From Planctomycetota bacterium (lineage in GTDB: Bacteria > Planctomycetota > Planctomycetia > JALXBF01), in NCBI GenBank assembly GCA_026991575.1, contig JALXBF010000138.1, positions 11,099 to 75,098 on the forward strand: DNA of 64,000 nt, read 5' to 3'. A program made the translations under genes and the position numbers. This document shows positions 1 to 9,804 of this stretch, piece by piece (position 1 is the stretch's first letter; every line of letters starts with the position of its first letter). The notes under the pieces are model-generated. The model was not told the origin of the DNA and made no database searches. It worked only from the letters and a program-made list of their open reading frames with translations.

Positions 1-356
1 ATGCCCGCCACTTCAGGCACCTGCACGGGTTCTAACGCACCAGCTTGCCGTAGCCTGAGCGTTCCCAAGATCTCGTTGTTCCAGAAGACGTCGCAGCGTA
101 CCCGGCCGGATCGGGCCTCCTGAAGCAGCAGGTTAACCAGACCGACCGTCTTGGCTGCTTCGGTGTCGGTCTTGGCCCGCACAGTGATCCCGGACTCCCG
201 TTCAAATTCGGTGTAGATCGGACGAGCAAACTCGTCGTCTACGGCCACGTAGAGCACCACCTCAGGCCGCGCACGGCCGCAGCCCAGAGCGGCGGGGGCG
301 ACGCTTAGCAGCACCAGCAGCATTAGTCGAACGAGGTGAGGACGGCGCAGACACAT
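1..356 (-). CDS. ABC transporter substrate-binding protein, Fe(3+)/thiamine-type family (N-terminal part; gene continues beyond the window edge)
   Basis: The minus-strand translation from ATG 356 gives MCLRRPHLVRLMLLVLLSVAPAALGC (lipoprotein-type signal) followed by VVLYVAVDDEFARPIYTEFERESGITVRAKTDTEAAKTVGLVNLL...DVFWNNE. This is typical of FbpA/AfuA-like periplasmic binding proteins. Third-codon-position GC is consistent with coding. It is not in the ORF track because the gene runs off the window start. Confidence 0.5.
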   Translation of the reverse strand, partial: MCLRRPHLVRLMLLVLLSVAPAALGCGRARPEVVLYVAVDDEFARPIYTEFERESGITVRAKTDTEAAKTVGLVNLLLQEARSGRVRCDVFWNNEILGTLRLRQAGALEPVQVPEVAG

Positions 357-393
357 GGCACGCGCTCCAGCTGGGCGGTGTGGGTCATGCTTC

Positions 394-2823
394 TCAGCGG
401 GCAACACTCTGAGGTTGCTGTGCGGCAGGGGCAGCGGCTGCCGAAACCTCTGCAGGGGCCGGTTCGGGCCGTGGGGCGGTTTGGCCGCGCAACCGGGCGA
501 CGATCGTCAGGAAGCTAGGCACCAGTACGGGACGGACCAGGAACGTGTCGATGAGCACGCCGAACCCGAGGGCAAAGCCCAGCTCGATGATGGCCGTCAG
601 TGTGCCGGTCATCATCGAGAAGAATGTTCCGGCCATGATCAGGCCGCACGAGCTGATGATGCCACCGGTGCGTGCCGTTGCGTAGCGCAAGCCATCCACC
701 ACCCCCCGCTTACGCTGCTCCTCGACCACACGGGACATCAGGAAGATGTTGTAGTCCTCGCCGACCGCCACGAGGATCACGAACAGGAAGAAAGCGACCT
801 TCCAGTCCAGGCCAGGGAACGGCTGGCCGAGCAAGTGGGCTTTTGAGCGGAAGACCAGGTCGGACAGCCCCAGGGTCGCGTAGTAGCTGAGTAGCACGGT
901 TGCCAGCAGATACAGACACGTTCCCGGCCGCCGGAGCAACAGCACCAGTACCGCGTAGATCGCGATGACGACCAGGACGTTGATCCGCCGCTCGTCGGAC
1001 TGCGTCACGGCGCGGAGGTCCGCGACGGCTGCCGGCGTGCCGCCCAGCCCGATGACTGCCCCGGTCAGTGGATGGCTGCCTTCCTGGACAAAGTCTCGCA
1101 CCACGGCTTGCACGCGTCCGACCGTGTCCAACGCTTCGTTGGAAAACGGCGGCACGTCGAAGACGACGAACAGACGGGTCACGGAGCGGTCGCGCGGGCT
1201 GACGTAATAGTTCAGCGCGGCGACGTTGGTGACGGTGCTGGTCAGCGGGCGGAAGACCTGGGTCAGGCCGCCAAGCAACCCCCCCAGGCCACGGCCACCC
1301 GAGGGCTGCTGCTGCTCGGCTTGCGTGAGCGGCTTGCCGGTGCCGAGCGGATCGACCACGCTGCGGACCCGAACCACATGAGGCACCTGTTTGATCCGTT
1401 CGGCAAGCTTGCCGATCGTCTCACGCGCTTCCGGCGAGACCAGTTCCGTTTCGGCGTCAAGGATCACCGCCAGCGGCCCCAACTCGCCCGGCTCGAAATG
1501 GCGGCTCAGCAGCTCATAGCCGAACTTGCTCTGACGCTGCGGTGAGAGCTCAGCCAGGAAGTCGTAGCTTACCGGCGTGTACGGCGCCCAGAGTGCGAAG
1601 GGCACCATCAGGCCGGTGGCGGCCAGCCAGATGCGGCCCGGCTTGCGCACGATCGCGGCACTGAGCCAGTCCCAAAACCGTTCGCCCAACGGTCCGCTGA
1701 TGCCGTGGGCCTGCTCACCACGCTGTCGAAGTCGCAGCGGCCAGAAAGCGTACGGGCCCAACAGCCGAAGCAGGGCAGGGGCAAACGTCAGACAGCCCAC
1801 CAACGCCACAGCCAGGCTGGCGGCCACCGCCGGCCCGGTGTAGCTGATCTTGCCGAACTGGGCGAAGTACATCATCGACAGCCCGAAGATCACCGTTCCG
1901 GCGCTGGCTACCAGGGCGCCCCCGACGCGAGCGATCGCTTCACGCACAGCCTCGGCCGGCGACAGACCGTGCTCCATCTCCTCGCGGAATCGGGCAATGA
2001 GAAACAGGCAGTAGTCCGTTCCGGCGCCGAAGAGCAGCACCACGATGAAGATGTCGGTGATCTTCATGACCTGAAAGTCGAACCAGGGGACCAGCGACAG
2101 TGATGCCAGCAGGCCTTTGCTGATGACGATTGCCAGCGTGATGGTGCTCAGAGGGATGAGCGTCAGGAGGGGGGAACGGTACACGAGCATCAGGATCAGC
2201 ACGACCAGCACGATGGTCCAGATCAGCGACGCGTCGAGACTCTCCAGCTGCGCCTCCTGCATGTCGGCTCCCACGGCGGCCGAGCCGGTGACGGCGACCG
2301 TGATGCCCGGCGGGATCTCCCCCTTCTGACGCATTTCCTCAATGACGCCGCGGACGGTGCCGACCACCTCAATGACCTTGCTCGCCGTCAGCGGCCAGCC
2401 GCACCGCGTTACGATCGTGGTCGCACGGCCGTCTTTGCTGGTGAAGAGCTGACCCATGACCGGGGTCCGGTGGCTGCGCACGGGTGCAAGCCGGAAGTCA
2501 CGATCCGCATACAGCGAGCGCAGCTCGTCAATCCGCCGGGCTAGCTCATCGACGAACGCAAAGTCCGCTTTGCTCAGCGGCCCGTCCTCGCGCACAACCA
2601 CGACGACCAAGTCGCTGGTGCCGACGTCGGCCGGGAACGCACGCGAGAGGATCTCGTAACCACGCACCGTGGGATAGTCGGGAGGGAAGAAGCGGATGTC
2701 TTCGTCCTTGGTCACCTCACTGAACGGCGGGGCAAAGAAGTGCAAACCGCCCAGCACGGCAAACCATGCCAGACAGACCGCAAGCCAGTAGCGGCTTACT
2801 AGCCGACCAAGCTGCTCGAACAT
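394..2823 (-). CDS. MMPL family RND-type transporter
   Basis: The 809 aa product has two blocks of transmembrane helices separated by soluble domains and the GAGTDYCLFLIARFREE motif typical of MMPL/RND transporters. ATG start at 2823. Confidence 0.8.
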   Translation of the reverse strand: MFEQLGRLVSRYWLAVCLAWFAVLGGLHFFAPPFSEVTKDEDIRFFPPDYPTVRGYEILSRAFPADVGTSDLVVVVVREDGPLSKADFAFVDELARRIDELRSLYADRDFRLAPVRSHRTPVMGQLFTSKDGRATTIVTRCGWPLTASKVIEVVGTVRGVIEEMRQKGEIPPGITVAVTGSAAVGADMQEAQLESLDASLIWTIVLVVLILMLVYRSPLLTLIPLSTITLAIVISKGLLASLSLVPWFDFQVMKITDIFIVVLLFGAGTDYCLFLIARFREEMEHGLSPAEAVREAIARVGGALVASAGTVIFGLSMMYFAQFGKISYTGPAVAASLAVALVGCLTFAPALLRLLGPYAFWPLRLRQRGEQAHGISGPLGERFWDWLSAAIVRKPGRIWLAATGLMVPFALWAPYTPVSYDFLAELSPQRQSKFGYELLSRHFEPGELGPLAVILDAETELVSPEARETIGKLAERIKQVPHVVRVRSVVDPLGTGKPLTQAEQQQPSGGRGLGGLLGGLTQVFRPLTSTVTNVAALNYYVSPRDRSVTRLFVVFDVPPFSNEALDTVGRVQAVVRDFVQEGSHPLTGAVIGLGGTPAAVADLRAVTQSDERRINVLVVIAIYAVLVLLLRRPGTCLYLLATVLLSYYATLGLSDLVFRSKAHLLGQPFPGLDWKVAFFLFVILVAVGEDYNIFLMSRVVEEQRKRGVVDGLRYATARTGGIISSCGLIMAGTFFSMMTGTLTAIIELGFALGFGVLIDTFLVRPVLVPSFLTIVARLRGQTAPRPEPAPAEVSAAAAPAAQQPQSVAR

Positions 2824-3030
2824 CGTTGTCCCGGTGCCTCAACTACAGCCTCAGTCCTTGACTACGCCGGCGCACGCCGCGTGGCACCCGCTGTCGTCCC
2901 GCTGGCCCAACAACCGTCAACTCAAGCGTACACCGCACCTGCGACCGTGTCAAAGCTGGCGCTAGCCGCCGTCGGCCACTCGGCGACCGACAGCACCGTC
3001 TGGGCAAACTAGGCAGTCTGCGGACCAGGC

Positions 3031-3900
3031 TTACCAGTCGATCCGCTCGAGCCGACCGTCGGCATAGGTTACGAAGGTGTGTGCCCCGCACGGGCTCAAG
3101 CCTAGTGCCACGAGCGGCTCGTTCCGAGTGCGCCGTTCGCGCTGGACCACGCCGGCTGCGTCCAACAACACCAGATATCCATCGAGTGTTGCCACGACGA
3201 TCTTGGCACCGGCGAAATCCACGGCTGCCAGCCGACTGCCGGATCGGACCTGGTAGCTGCCCTCGTAGAATCCGTCGGCGCGATAGCGTTCCAGGCCATA
3301 GGTGAACGTGGGCACCAACACGTAGCGGCCAGTGCCTGGCGTGGCCAGCGGTCCCATCGGGCTCCAGACCCGCTCATCCCAGATCGACTTCAGCGCCAAG
3401 TCCATGAGCATCAGGAAGGTTGAGTCGCCTGCCACATACAGCCTCGGCTCGGTCACGACGAAGCACAGTGACCGCGCCGGCCGGAGCGTTTCGGTGCTGG
3501 CCATCTTCGTTCCGTAACGGTCCACCAACAGCAGCTTTCCCTGGTCGGTTCCGACCGCGAAGCATTCGCCGAACACGCTGCTGGCCACAGCCACCGGACC
3601 ACTCAACGGCAGCGTCCACCGCTTCACGAGCGAACCGTCGACGCAGAGCAGCCCCCAGCCCTGCAGCGCAACCAGGACGTACTCAGCAGACGCGTCGATC
3701 GTTGCGTGGGCGATCCGGGAGCGCGACAACTGTCGCTCGGCGACGACGCGCCCCTGGTAGTCGAGTACGAACAGGTGTTGCTCCCCCCAAACGAGCACCC
3801 GGCGTGCCTCGCCCGCCAGTGCCATGCCCGCCAGCGGCACCGGTAAGCGGACCGACGGACCGGCATCCCCGGCTGTTGTCTCGACCGAAGGGTTCGTCAC
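3031..3900 (-). CDS. hypothetical protein with beta-propeller-like (PQQ/WD40-like) repeats
   Basis: Repeated hydrophobic-strand/turn segments (e.g. ...GRVVAERQL, DGSLVKRWTL, GKLLLVDRYG, DGYLVLLDAAG) suggest a beta-propeller. There is no signal peptide. The apparent start is a GTG, so the start is uncertain. Confidence 0.4.
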   Translation of the reverse strand: MTNPSVETTAGDAGPSVRLPVPLAGMALAGEARRVLVWGEQHLFVLDYQGRVVAERQLSRSRIAHATIDASAEYVLVALQGWGLLCVDGSLVKRWTLPLSGPVAVASSVFGECFAVGTDQGKLLLVDRYGTKMASTETLRPARSLCFVVTEPRLYVAGDSTFLMLMDLALKSIWDERVWSPMGPLATPGTGRYVLVPTFTYGLERYRADGFYEGSYQVRSGSRLAAVDFAGAKIVVATLDGYLVLLDAAGVVQRERRTRNEPLVALGLSPCGAHTFVTYADGRLERIDW

Positions 3901-3918
3901 GATGACCAGCTCCGCACA

Positions 3919-4551
3919 CTAGCCAAACTGCCAGTAGCGTACCAGCGCCGGCGGGAAATTGCGCAACACCACCGTCTGGCCGATTCCGTAGCGGCGTTGC
4001 CAGGCGGCGACCGCCGCGGCAATGCCCCTCAGCCGGCCCCGTTCCGGGCCCCAAGCGACAGCCAGACGAAGCGGGCGCAGCCAGAGGTACTCGAAAAAGC
4101 TCAGCACGCCGCCGTCGGCAGCGAGCCGACGGAAGGTGCGCAGAATGAGCCGCACCTGCTCGGCAGGGAAGTTGTTCATCGGTAGGCCAGAGATGATGAA
4201 GTCGAACTGCTCGGAGAGCAGGGCACGCTCGATCCGGTCGTGCACGAGCCGCACCTGAGCGGCAACGGACTTGAGCACCGGATCGTGTGCCAGTTGCTCG
4301 GCCAGGTGAGCCACGAATCGATCCGAGACCTCGACCAGGACCAGCTCGTCGCCGGGACGCAGAAGGCGGGCGATCCGTCTGGTGAAGACGCCCGTGCCTG
4401 GCCCCACCTCCAGGACCCGCACCGGGGCCGAGTGCCCGGCGAGGGGACGGGTGATCGCACGGGCTAGCGCATCGCTAGACGGCAGCACGGCTCCGGTCGT
4501 CTCGCGACGAAGCAAGAACTCCTGCAGAAAGAGAGCATATTCGCGAAACAT
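3919..4551 (-). CDS. class I SAM-dependent methyltransferase (phospholipid N-methyltransferase / rRNA-adenine-dimethylase-like fold)
   Basis: Motif I LEVGPGTGVFT followed by an acidic residue (LVLVEVSD). 210 aa. ATG start at 4551. Confidence 0.6.
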   Translation of the reverse strand: MFREYALFLQEFLLRRETTGAVLPSSDALARAITRPLAGHSAPVRVLEVGPGTGVFTRRIARLLRPGDELVLVEVSDRFVAHLAEQLAHDPVLKSVAAQVRLVHDRIERALLSEQFDFIISGLPMNNFPAEQVRLILRTFRRLAADGGVLSFFEYLWLRPLRLAVAWGPERGRLRGIAAAVAAWQRRYGIGQTVVLRNFPPALVRYWQFG

Positions 4552-4769
4552 CGCACGAATCCCTTGCCACCAGGCGCTGCCGTCCCACCGCCCCTACCCA
4601 TTTTTCCGCTGCGCTCGGGACGGCATAACTGCGCCAACCGGATCACCGTACGCTCATGATGCTGGCCAGGCGATTGCGAACCCCGTTTGCCCAACCTATA
4701 TTCGGTTGTGCAGCGGCACGCTGGGCAGAGAGTGCTGGTGACTCGGTGTCGTGGAGTGCGTGGAGTGCG

Positions 4770-6422
4770 ATGAAACGGTTGTTCGGTCCCGTTAGCTTTC
4801 TGCTGCTGATCGCCTTCCTGCCTGTACCCGCGCCTGCGCTAGCGCCACCGCTCGGAGAGGGCGAGGAGCTGGACGACCTGCTGGTGCGTGGCTCAGCTCT
4901 GGAAAGTTCCGGGCAGTGGCAGAAAGCGATCGATCTGTACGAGCAGGCCCTTAAGCGACACCCGCAGTCGCGGCTGCTGCGCGAGAAGCTTTGGGAGTGT
5001 CGTGTGCACCGCTGTATCGCGCGGCGGTACGAGGATTCGAGCTTCACCGGACAGCTGATCCGCTTGCCCGAGGCGAAGCTGGTGGCCTTCTTCAGTGAAG
5101 TGGTCACCACGATCCAGGAGAACTACTACCGGACACCGGACCTGGCAAAGCTGCGTGCGGCCGCGTTCCGAAGCCTGCTGGTAGCCCTGCACAACCCGGT
5201 GTTCCGCAACCGTGCCCTCGGGCAGCTCTCCGAGCAGGATATCCGCGAACTGGAACAGTTCACGTGGATGTACCTGAAGCAGGGAGCCCACGGTAGAGTG
5301 ACGCGTGAGCGGCTCGTGTATGACACGCTCCGGTTCGTACGCGAGTGCCGTTCCCGGTGGCAGCTGCGCGAGGCACCGATTCTTCTGCAATTGACCTTTG
5401 GCCTCAGCCAGGGGCTCGACAAGTACACGACCTGTCTGACACCGAAACGGTTGTCGGACCTGTATGCGCTCATTGACGGTGAGTTCGTGGGGATTGGCGT
5501 CGAGCTGAAGGGCAGCGACGACGGACACCTCGTCGTGACCAACGTGCTGCAGAACAGCCCCGCCCAGCGCGCAGGCCTGCGTAAAGGGGATGTGATCGTG
5601 GCAGTGGACGGGGTCCCGATCCAGGGCGAATCGGTCGAGCGTGCGGCCGATCGCCTGCAGGGCCCGGAAGGCAGCATCGTGCAGGTGCTGGTGCGGCGCG
5701 ACCATTCGGACCGGCTGTTGGAGTTCCGTATTGTCCGGGGCCATGTCGAGGTGCCGAGTGTGGAACGCTATGAGATGCTGTCCCCCTCAGAGGGGATCGG
5801 CTACGTAAAGCTCGTAGCTTTTCAGCGCACCACCGTTCAGGAGCTGGTACACGCCGTGAACCAGCTCCGCCAGCAGAACCTCAAAGCGCTCATCCTCGAC
5901 CTCCGTGGCAACCCGGGCGGATTGCTGTCGGCAGCCGTGGACGTGGCGGACTGTTTTCTGGATAGCGGCACGATCGTTTCCACGTCCGGCCGTGGCGAGG
6001 GCCAGTCGTGGACCTACTGGGCGCGACCAACCGGTACCTGGCACTTCCCGCTTGTGCTGCTGGTCGACCACGACAGCGCCAGCGCGAGCGAGATCGTGGC
6101 CGGCGCGATCAAAGAACACAAACGCGGGTTGCTCATCGGCGAGCGAACCTACGGCAAGGGAACCGTGCAGAGTATCCTGCCGTTGCACACCGTGAACGCC
6201 GGGCTCCGCCTGACGACCGCCGAGTTCCTCTCGCCCAGCGGGCGGCCGTACAGCCAGCGCGGCGTCGAGCCGGACATCTACGTCGCTGGCAGCAGCCCGG
6301 TAGGCCACGAGGCGGATTCCCCGTACGCCGCTGCCCTGAGGCTAAGCCGGGATCACCAGCTAAGGATGGCGCTGCAGAAGTGTCGGGAGCTGGTGGCGCG
6401 TCGGCCGGCAAGTCGGCACTAG
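4770..6422 (+). CDS. S41 family C-terminal processing peptidase (tail-specific protease) with N-terminal TPR-like region and PDZ domain
   Basis: Classic S41 motifs LILDLRGNPGG and VLLVDHDSASASEIVAGA. A PDZ-like segment (GIGVELKGSDDGHLVVTNVLQNSPAQRAGLRKGDVIVAVDG). The signal peptide begins MKRLFGPVSFLLLIAFLPVPAPALA at ATG 4770. The tracked ORF start at 4656 is probably too far upstream. Confidence 0.85.
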   Translation: MKRLFGPVSFLLLIAFLPVPAPALAPPLGEGEELDDLLVRGSALESSGQWQKAIDLYEQALKRHPQSRLLREKLWECRVHRCIARRYEDSSFTGQLIRLPEAKLVAFFSEVVTTIQENYYRTPDLAKLRAAAFRSLLVALHNPVFRNRALGQLSEQDIRELEQFTWMYLKQGAHGRVTRERLVYDTLRFVRECRSRWQLREAPILLQLTFGLSQGLDKYTTCLTPKRLSDLYALIDGEFVGIGVELKGSDDGHLVVTNVLQNSPAQRAGLRKGDVIVAVDGVPIQGESVERAADRLQGPEGSIVQVLVRRDHSDRLLEFRIVRGHVEVPSVERYEMLSPSEGIGYVKLVAFQRTTVQELVHAVNQLRQQNLKALILDLRGNPGGLLSAAVDVADCFLDSGTIVSTSGRGEGQSWTYWARPTGTWHFPLVLLVDHDSASASEIVAGAIKEHKRGLLIGERTYGKGTVQSILPLHTVNAGLRLTTAEFLSPSGRPYSQRGVEPDIYVAGSSPVGHEADSPYAAALRLSRDHQLRMALQKCRELVARRPASRH

Positions 6423-6431
6423 CGCGCATAG

Positions 6432-6478
6432 CACAGGCTCTGCGGGCACCGTCCACGCAACGGGCCCCACAGAGCCTG
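6432..6478 (+). terminator. stem-loop immediately downstream of the S41 peptidase stop (terminator-like, no U-tract)
   Basis: Inverted repeat caggctctg ... cagagcctg, 10 nt after the TAG at 6420-6422. Confidence 0.3.
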
Positions 6479-6878
6479 GCGCCAGCGGTCAGAACAACGG
6501 GTTGTCGCACGGCGACGTCCATCGTCTCGTGCCTCAGAACCCCGCGGGGTACCCGAGCGCAAAACAAATGCCATGCCGTGCTGGTCATGAGCTGACAAGT
6601 CACGTCATCGCAAGGGGTAATGGAGGCCCTTCCCGGCTCTGCATGATCCCCGGGCGCGATACGATGCGCACCCAAGCGCTTTCAGAATGACGGCGCACGG
6701 CAGCGCCCGCTGCGGCAGGAGCTTGCGGCCGCCGGCGGCGGAGGACGTCGGGGAAGTCTCCGAACTGGCGCCCGTGGCGGTCGGGCGAGTACGGAAGGCA
6801 GCACGTCACAGCGGGGCTGTGGTATACCGGGCCATAGCTCGGACGGCGATCGAGCTGCAGGACGAGCGGGCCGGTGGG

Positions 6879-8186
6879 CTATACGGGCGTGCGGCCGATG
6901 GAGTAGTAGCGGAAGCCGAGTTGCTTGAGCTTGGCGGGCTCGTAGAGGTTGCGTCCGTCGAAGATGACGTGCCCGCGCATGAGCGACTTCATACGCTCGA
7001 AGTCCGGCAGGCGAAACTGGTTCCACTCCGTCACGATGGCTAGCGCATCAGCGTCTCGAAGTGCCTCATAGAGGTCCTCGTGGTAGGTGACTCGATCTCC
7101 CAGCACCCGCCGGGCATTGGCCATAGCTTCCGGATCATGGGCGTGCACCTCGACGCCGTGGTCCAACAGCTGCTTGATCAGGACCAGCGACGGGGCCTCT
7201 CGAACATCGTCTGTCCGCGGTTTGAACGCCAGGCCCCAAACCGCGATCCGCTTGCCTGAGAGTTTCCCGTCGAAGTGTGCCCAGATCTTGCCGAACAGCA
7301 CCTGCTTCTGGTGTTCGTTCACGGCATCGACCGCTTCCAAGATGCGGGGCGGGACGCCGACCTGGCGGGCCAGCGCGGCCAGGGCGCGGACGTCTTTCGG
7401 GAAACACGAGCCGCCATAGCCGGCGCCCGGGAACAGGAACGCAAAGCCGATGCGCTGGTCGTGGCCAATGCCGCGGCGCACGTCGTTGATGTCGGCCCCA
7501 AGTCGTTCGCACAGGTTGGCCATCTCGTTGATAAAGCTGATCTTGGTCGACAGCAGCGCGTTGGCCACGTACTTGGTCATCTCGGCACTTTCCGGCGACA
7601 TCACCAGAAACGGTCGGTCGGTGCGCAGGAACGGGGCGTAGAGTTCGCGCAGTTTGTCCGCTGCCTCCTCGGACCGGACGCCTACGACCACGCGGTCCGG
7701 CTTCGTGAAGTCCTCAACCGCCGCGCCTTCCTTCATGAACTCCGGGTTCGACACCACCTCCACCGGCACGCGCGCCTTTTCGCGAAAGCGAGCGTCCACC
7801 CGCGCGTTGGTACCCACCGGAACGGTGCTCTTGATAACGACGGTCTTAGGCGCGTCCGCATGCTCGGCCAACGCGTCGACGACGGCCCAGAGGTTGCTCA
7901 GGTCGGCCGATCCGTCGTCCGACTGTGGCGTGCCTACGGCGATGAAGATCAGCTCCCCGTGACGCGTTGCCTCTGCGATGTCCGTTGTGAACCGCAAGCG
8001 ACCGGCGCGGGTATTGCGCTCGATGAGCTCCTCCAGACCCGGCTCGTAGATCGGCACGATACCCTGGCAGAGTTGTTCGATCTTGTTCCGGTCAATGTCC
8101 TGGCAAACGACGTCGTTGCCGCTTTCGGCAAAGCAAGTACCAGTAACCAGTCCCACGTAGCCGGTGCCGATGACTGTGATCTTCAT
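6879..8186 (-). CDS. ugd: UDP-glucose 6-dehydrogenase
   Basis: N-terminal Rossmann motif [23 protein letters not shown]. Catalytic region [11 protein letters not shown]-glucose/GDP-mannose dehydrogenase family architecture. ATG at 8186; the tracked ORF start at 8261 is an upstream extension. Confidence 0.85.
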   Translation of the reverse strand: MKITVIGTGYVGLVTGTCFAESGNDVVCQDIDRNKIEQLCQGIVPIYEPGLEELIERNTRAGRLRFTTDIAEATRHGELIFIAVGTPQSDDGSADLSNLWAVVDALAEHADAPKTVVIKSTVPVGTNARVDARFREKARVPVEVVSNPEFMKEGAAVEDFTKPDRVVVGVRSEEAADKLRELYAPFLRTDRPFLVMSPESAEMTKYVANALLSTKISFINEMANLCERLGADINDVRRGIGHDQRIGFAFLFPGAGYGGSCFPKDVRALAALARQVGVPPRILEAVDAVNEHQKQVLFGKIWAHFDGKLSGKRIAVWGLAFKPRTDDVREAPSLVLIKQLLDHGVEVHAHDPEAMANARRVLGDRVTYHEDLYEALRDADALAIVTEWNQFRLPDFERMKSLMRGHVIFDGRNLYEPAKLKQLGFRYYSIGRTPV

Positions 8187-8340
8187 CGCTGGCCTGCCCC
8201 AGATGATGCCAACGGTGTGGAGCCGGGACGCCGGCCCACTGAACCAGCTTGCCACAGACACGCGCGGCCCTGCCGAGATGCTGTCGGGTGGCCGCTGCCC
8301 GCCAGCGTGCTGGACGTAGTGCCTTGTGCCGTTCGCCCCA

Positions 8341-8709
8341 CTAAGCCCCCTGGGGGCGCTTCAGCCAGAACTCAGCGGGAACCGGGTGTAGCCCCGGTTT
8401 GGTTTCGACTTCCACGTCGCCCAGCACACGGCTCTGACAGGCAAGCCTCAGCTTACCCTCGCGACCAATCGGCAAGAACGGCATCAGGGCAATCCGGACC
8501 CGTTCGATCACCGTCGGCGGGCTCAAGTTTTCACCGCCGCTGCGCACGACCACGGCGCACTTGCCACACATGCCATGTCCGCGGCAGTTCAGGTAGCGAT
8601 GGATGCCCCTATAGAGTTCGATGCCGTTGGCCAGCGCCACCTCGCGGAGATTGGCCCCTTCCTCACATTCGACCGTCTTCCGCTCACGCACGAACGTGAC
8701 TTTTGGCAT
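8341..8709 (-). CDS. 2Fe-2S ferredoxin
   Basis: Cys pattern C-x5-C-x2-C...C ([13 protein letters not shown] ... LACQSRV) as in plant/vertebrate-type [2Fe-2S] ferredoxins. ATG at 8709 with a GAGGAG RBS. Confidence 0.6.
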   Translation of the reverse strand: MPKVTFVRERKTVECEEGANLREVALANGIELYRGIHRYLNCRGHGMCGKCAVVVRSGGENLSPPTVIERVRIALMPFLPIGREGKLRLACQSRVLGDVEVETKPGLHPVPAEFWLKRPQGA

Positions 8710-8905
8710 CGCTAACGACGACTCCTCACCTGACGCATGTACCCGTTCTGACAACAGTACGCCCAATCATAAGCCCCGGTTGGTGGCGGTTCCAGGCGAA
8801 CCTTGGGGCCGTTCGGCGGGGATTGCCCGCCGGACGTCCGTTAGCGGCTTGCGACCCGGTCATCGTCGGTTAAGCCGGTGCCGCTCGGTGGCGGGCGCCA
8901 CGTTC

Positions 8906-9796
8906 CTACGGGGCCGGTGTCAATTCCGCGGTGAAGTCAAGCCAGTGGAAAGAATGGGTCAGCGCGCCGACGCTGATGCGGTCTACGCCGGTTTCTGCTA
9001 CCGCACCCACCGTTTTGAGCGTGATGCCCCCGGAAGCTTCCAGCACGACGCGTGGCGCCACCCGGTCGCGCACCGCAACGGCTTCCCGGAGCAGGGCAGG
9101 GGACATGTTGTCCAGCAGCACGGCGTCGGGCTCACCTGCCAGGGCGTCATGAAGCTCCTGAAGCGTGTCTACTTCGATTTCCACGAACGTTCCTTCGGGT
9201 ACCCGGCTGCGAACCAGGCGTACAAGCTCTGCCAGGCTGCCGCTGCGGCCGCCACGCTGCCACAACAGACGGTGGTTGTCCTTCAGCAGAACCGCGTCGT
9301 AGAGACCAAGACGGTGGTTCTTGCCACCGCCAGCTCGTACCGCGTATTTCTCCAGCAGTCGCCACCCAGGTGTCGTCTTCCGCGTGTCGTAGATGGCAGC
9401 CCTCGTGTGCGAGACAGCGGCCACGTAGGCTGCCGTTAGCGTGGCGATGCCGCTGAGCCGAGCCAACGTGTTCAGCAGGGTGCGCTCAATGGTGAGTAGC
9501 GTAGCGGCCGGACCGGTCAACTCCGCAACACACTGCCCGGCCGTGATCGGTTCACCATCGGCTGCATGCACAATCAGGCGGCAAGACTGCTCGACCGCAA
9601 ATGCCCGCAGTAGCGTGGGGACAAAGGCCAGGCCGGCGAGCCTGCCCGCTTCGCGGCTCACCACGGCCAGACGAGCGCCCTGGCCGGCCGGCACGCACGC
9701 TCGCGACGTGATGTCGCCGGAGCCGCCCAGATCTTCCTCGAAGGCGGCCCGGAACAACCGGTGCGCCGCGGCGCGTTCTGCGGCTGTGGCTGCCAT
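8906..9796 (-). CDS. nadC: nicotinate-nucleotide pyrophosphorylase (carboxylating) / quinolinate phosphoribosyltransferase
   Basis: LLDNMSP and LEASGGITL motifs. Tightly packed after uvrB (a GTG candidate at 9808 overlaps the uvrB stop; ATG at 9796). Confidence 0.8.
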   Translation of the reverse strand: MAATAAERAAAHRLFRAAFEEDLGGSGDITSRACVPAGQGARLAVVSREAGRLAGLAFVPTLLRAFAVEQSCRLIVHAADGEPITAGQCVAELTGPAATLLTIERTLLNTLARLSGIATLTAAYVAAVSHTRAAIYDTRKTTPGWRLLEKYAVRAGGGKNHRLGLYDAVLLKDNHRLLWQRGGRSGSLAELVRLVRSRVPEGTFVEIEVDTLQELHDALAGEPDAVLLDNMSPALLREAVAVRDRVAPRVVLEASGGITLKTVGAVAETGVDRISVGALTHSFHWLDFTAELTPAP

Positions 9797-9804
9797 CGGG
9801 TGGA

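Noticed and set aside
355-846. + strand ORFs (163 aa, 60 aa) overlapping the MMPL 3' end and the SBP start
   Set aside because: Antisense to two supported minus-strand genes. Low-complexity Arg/Gly composition.
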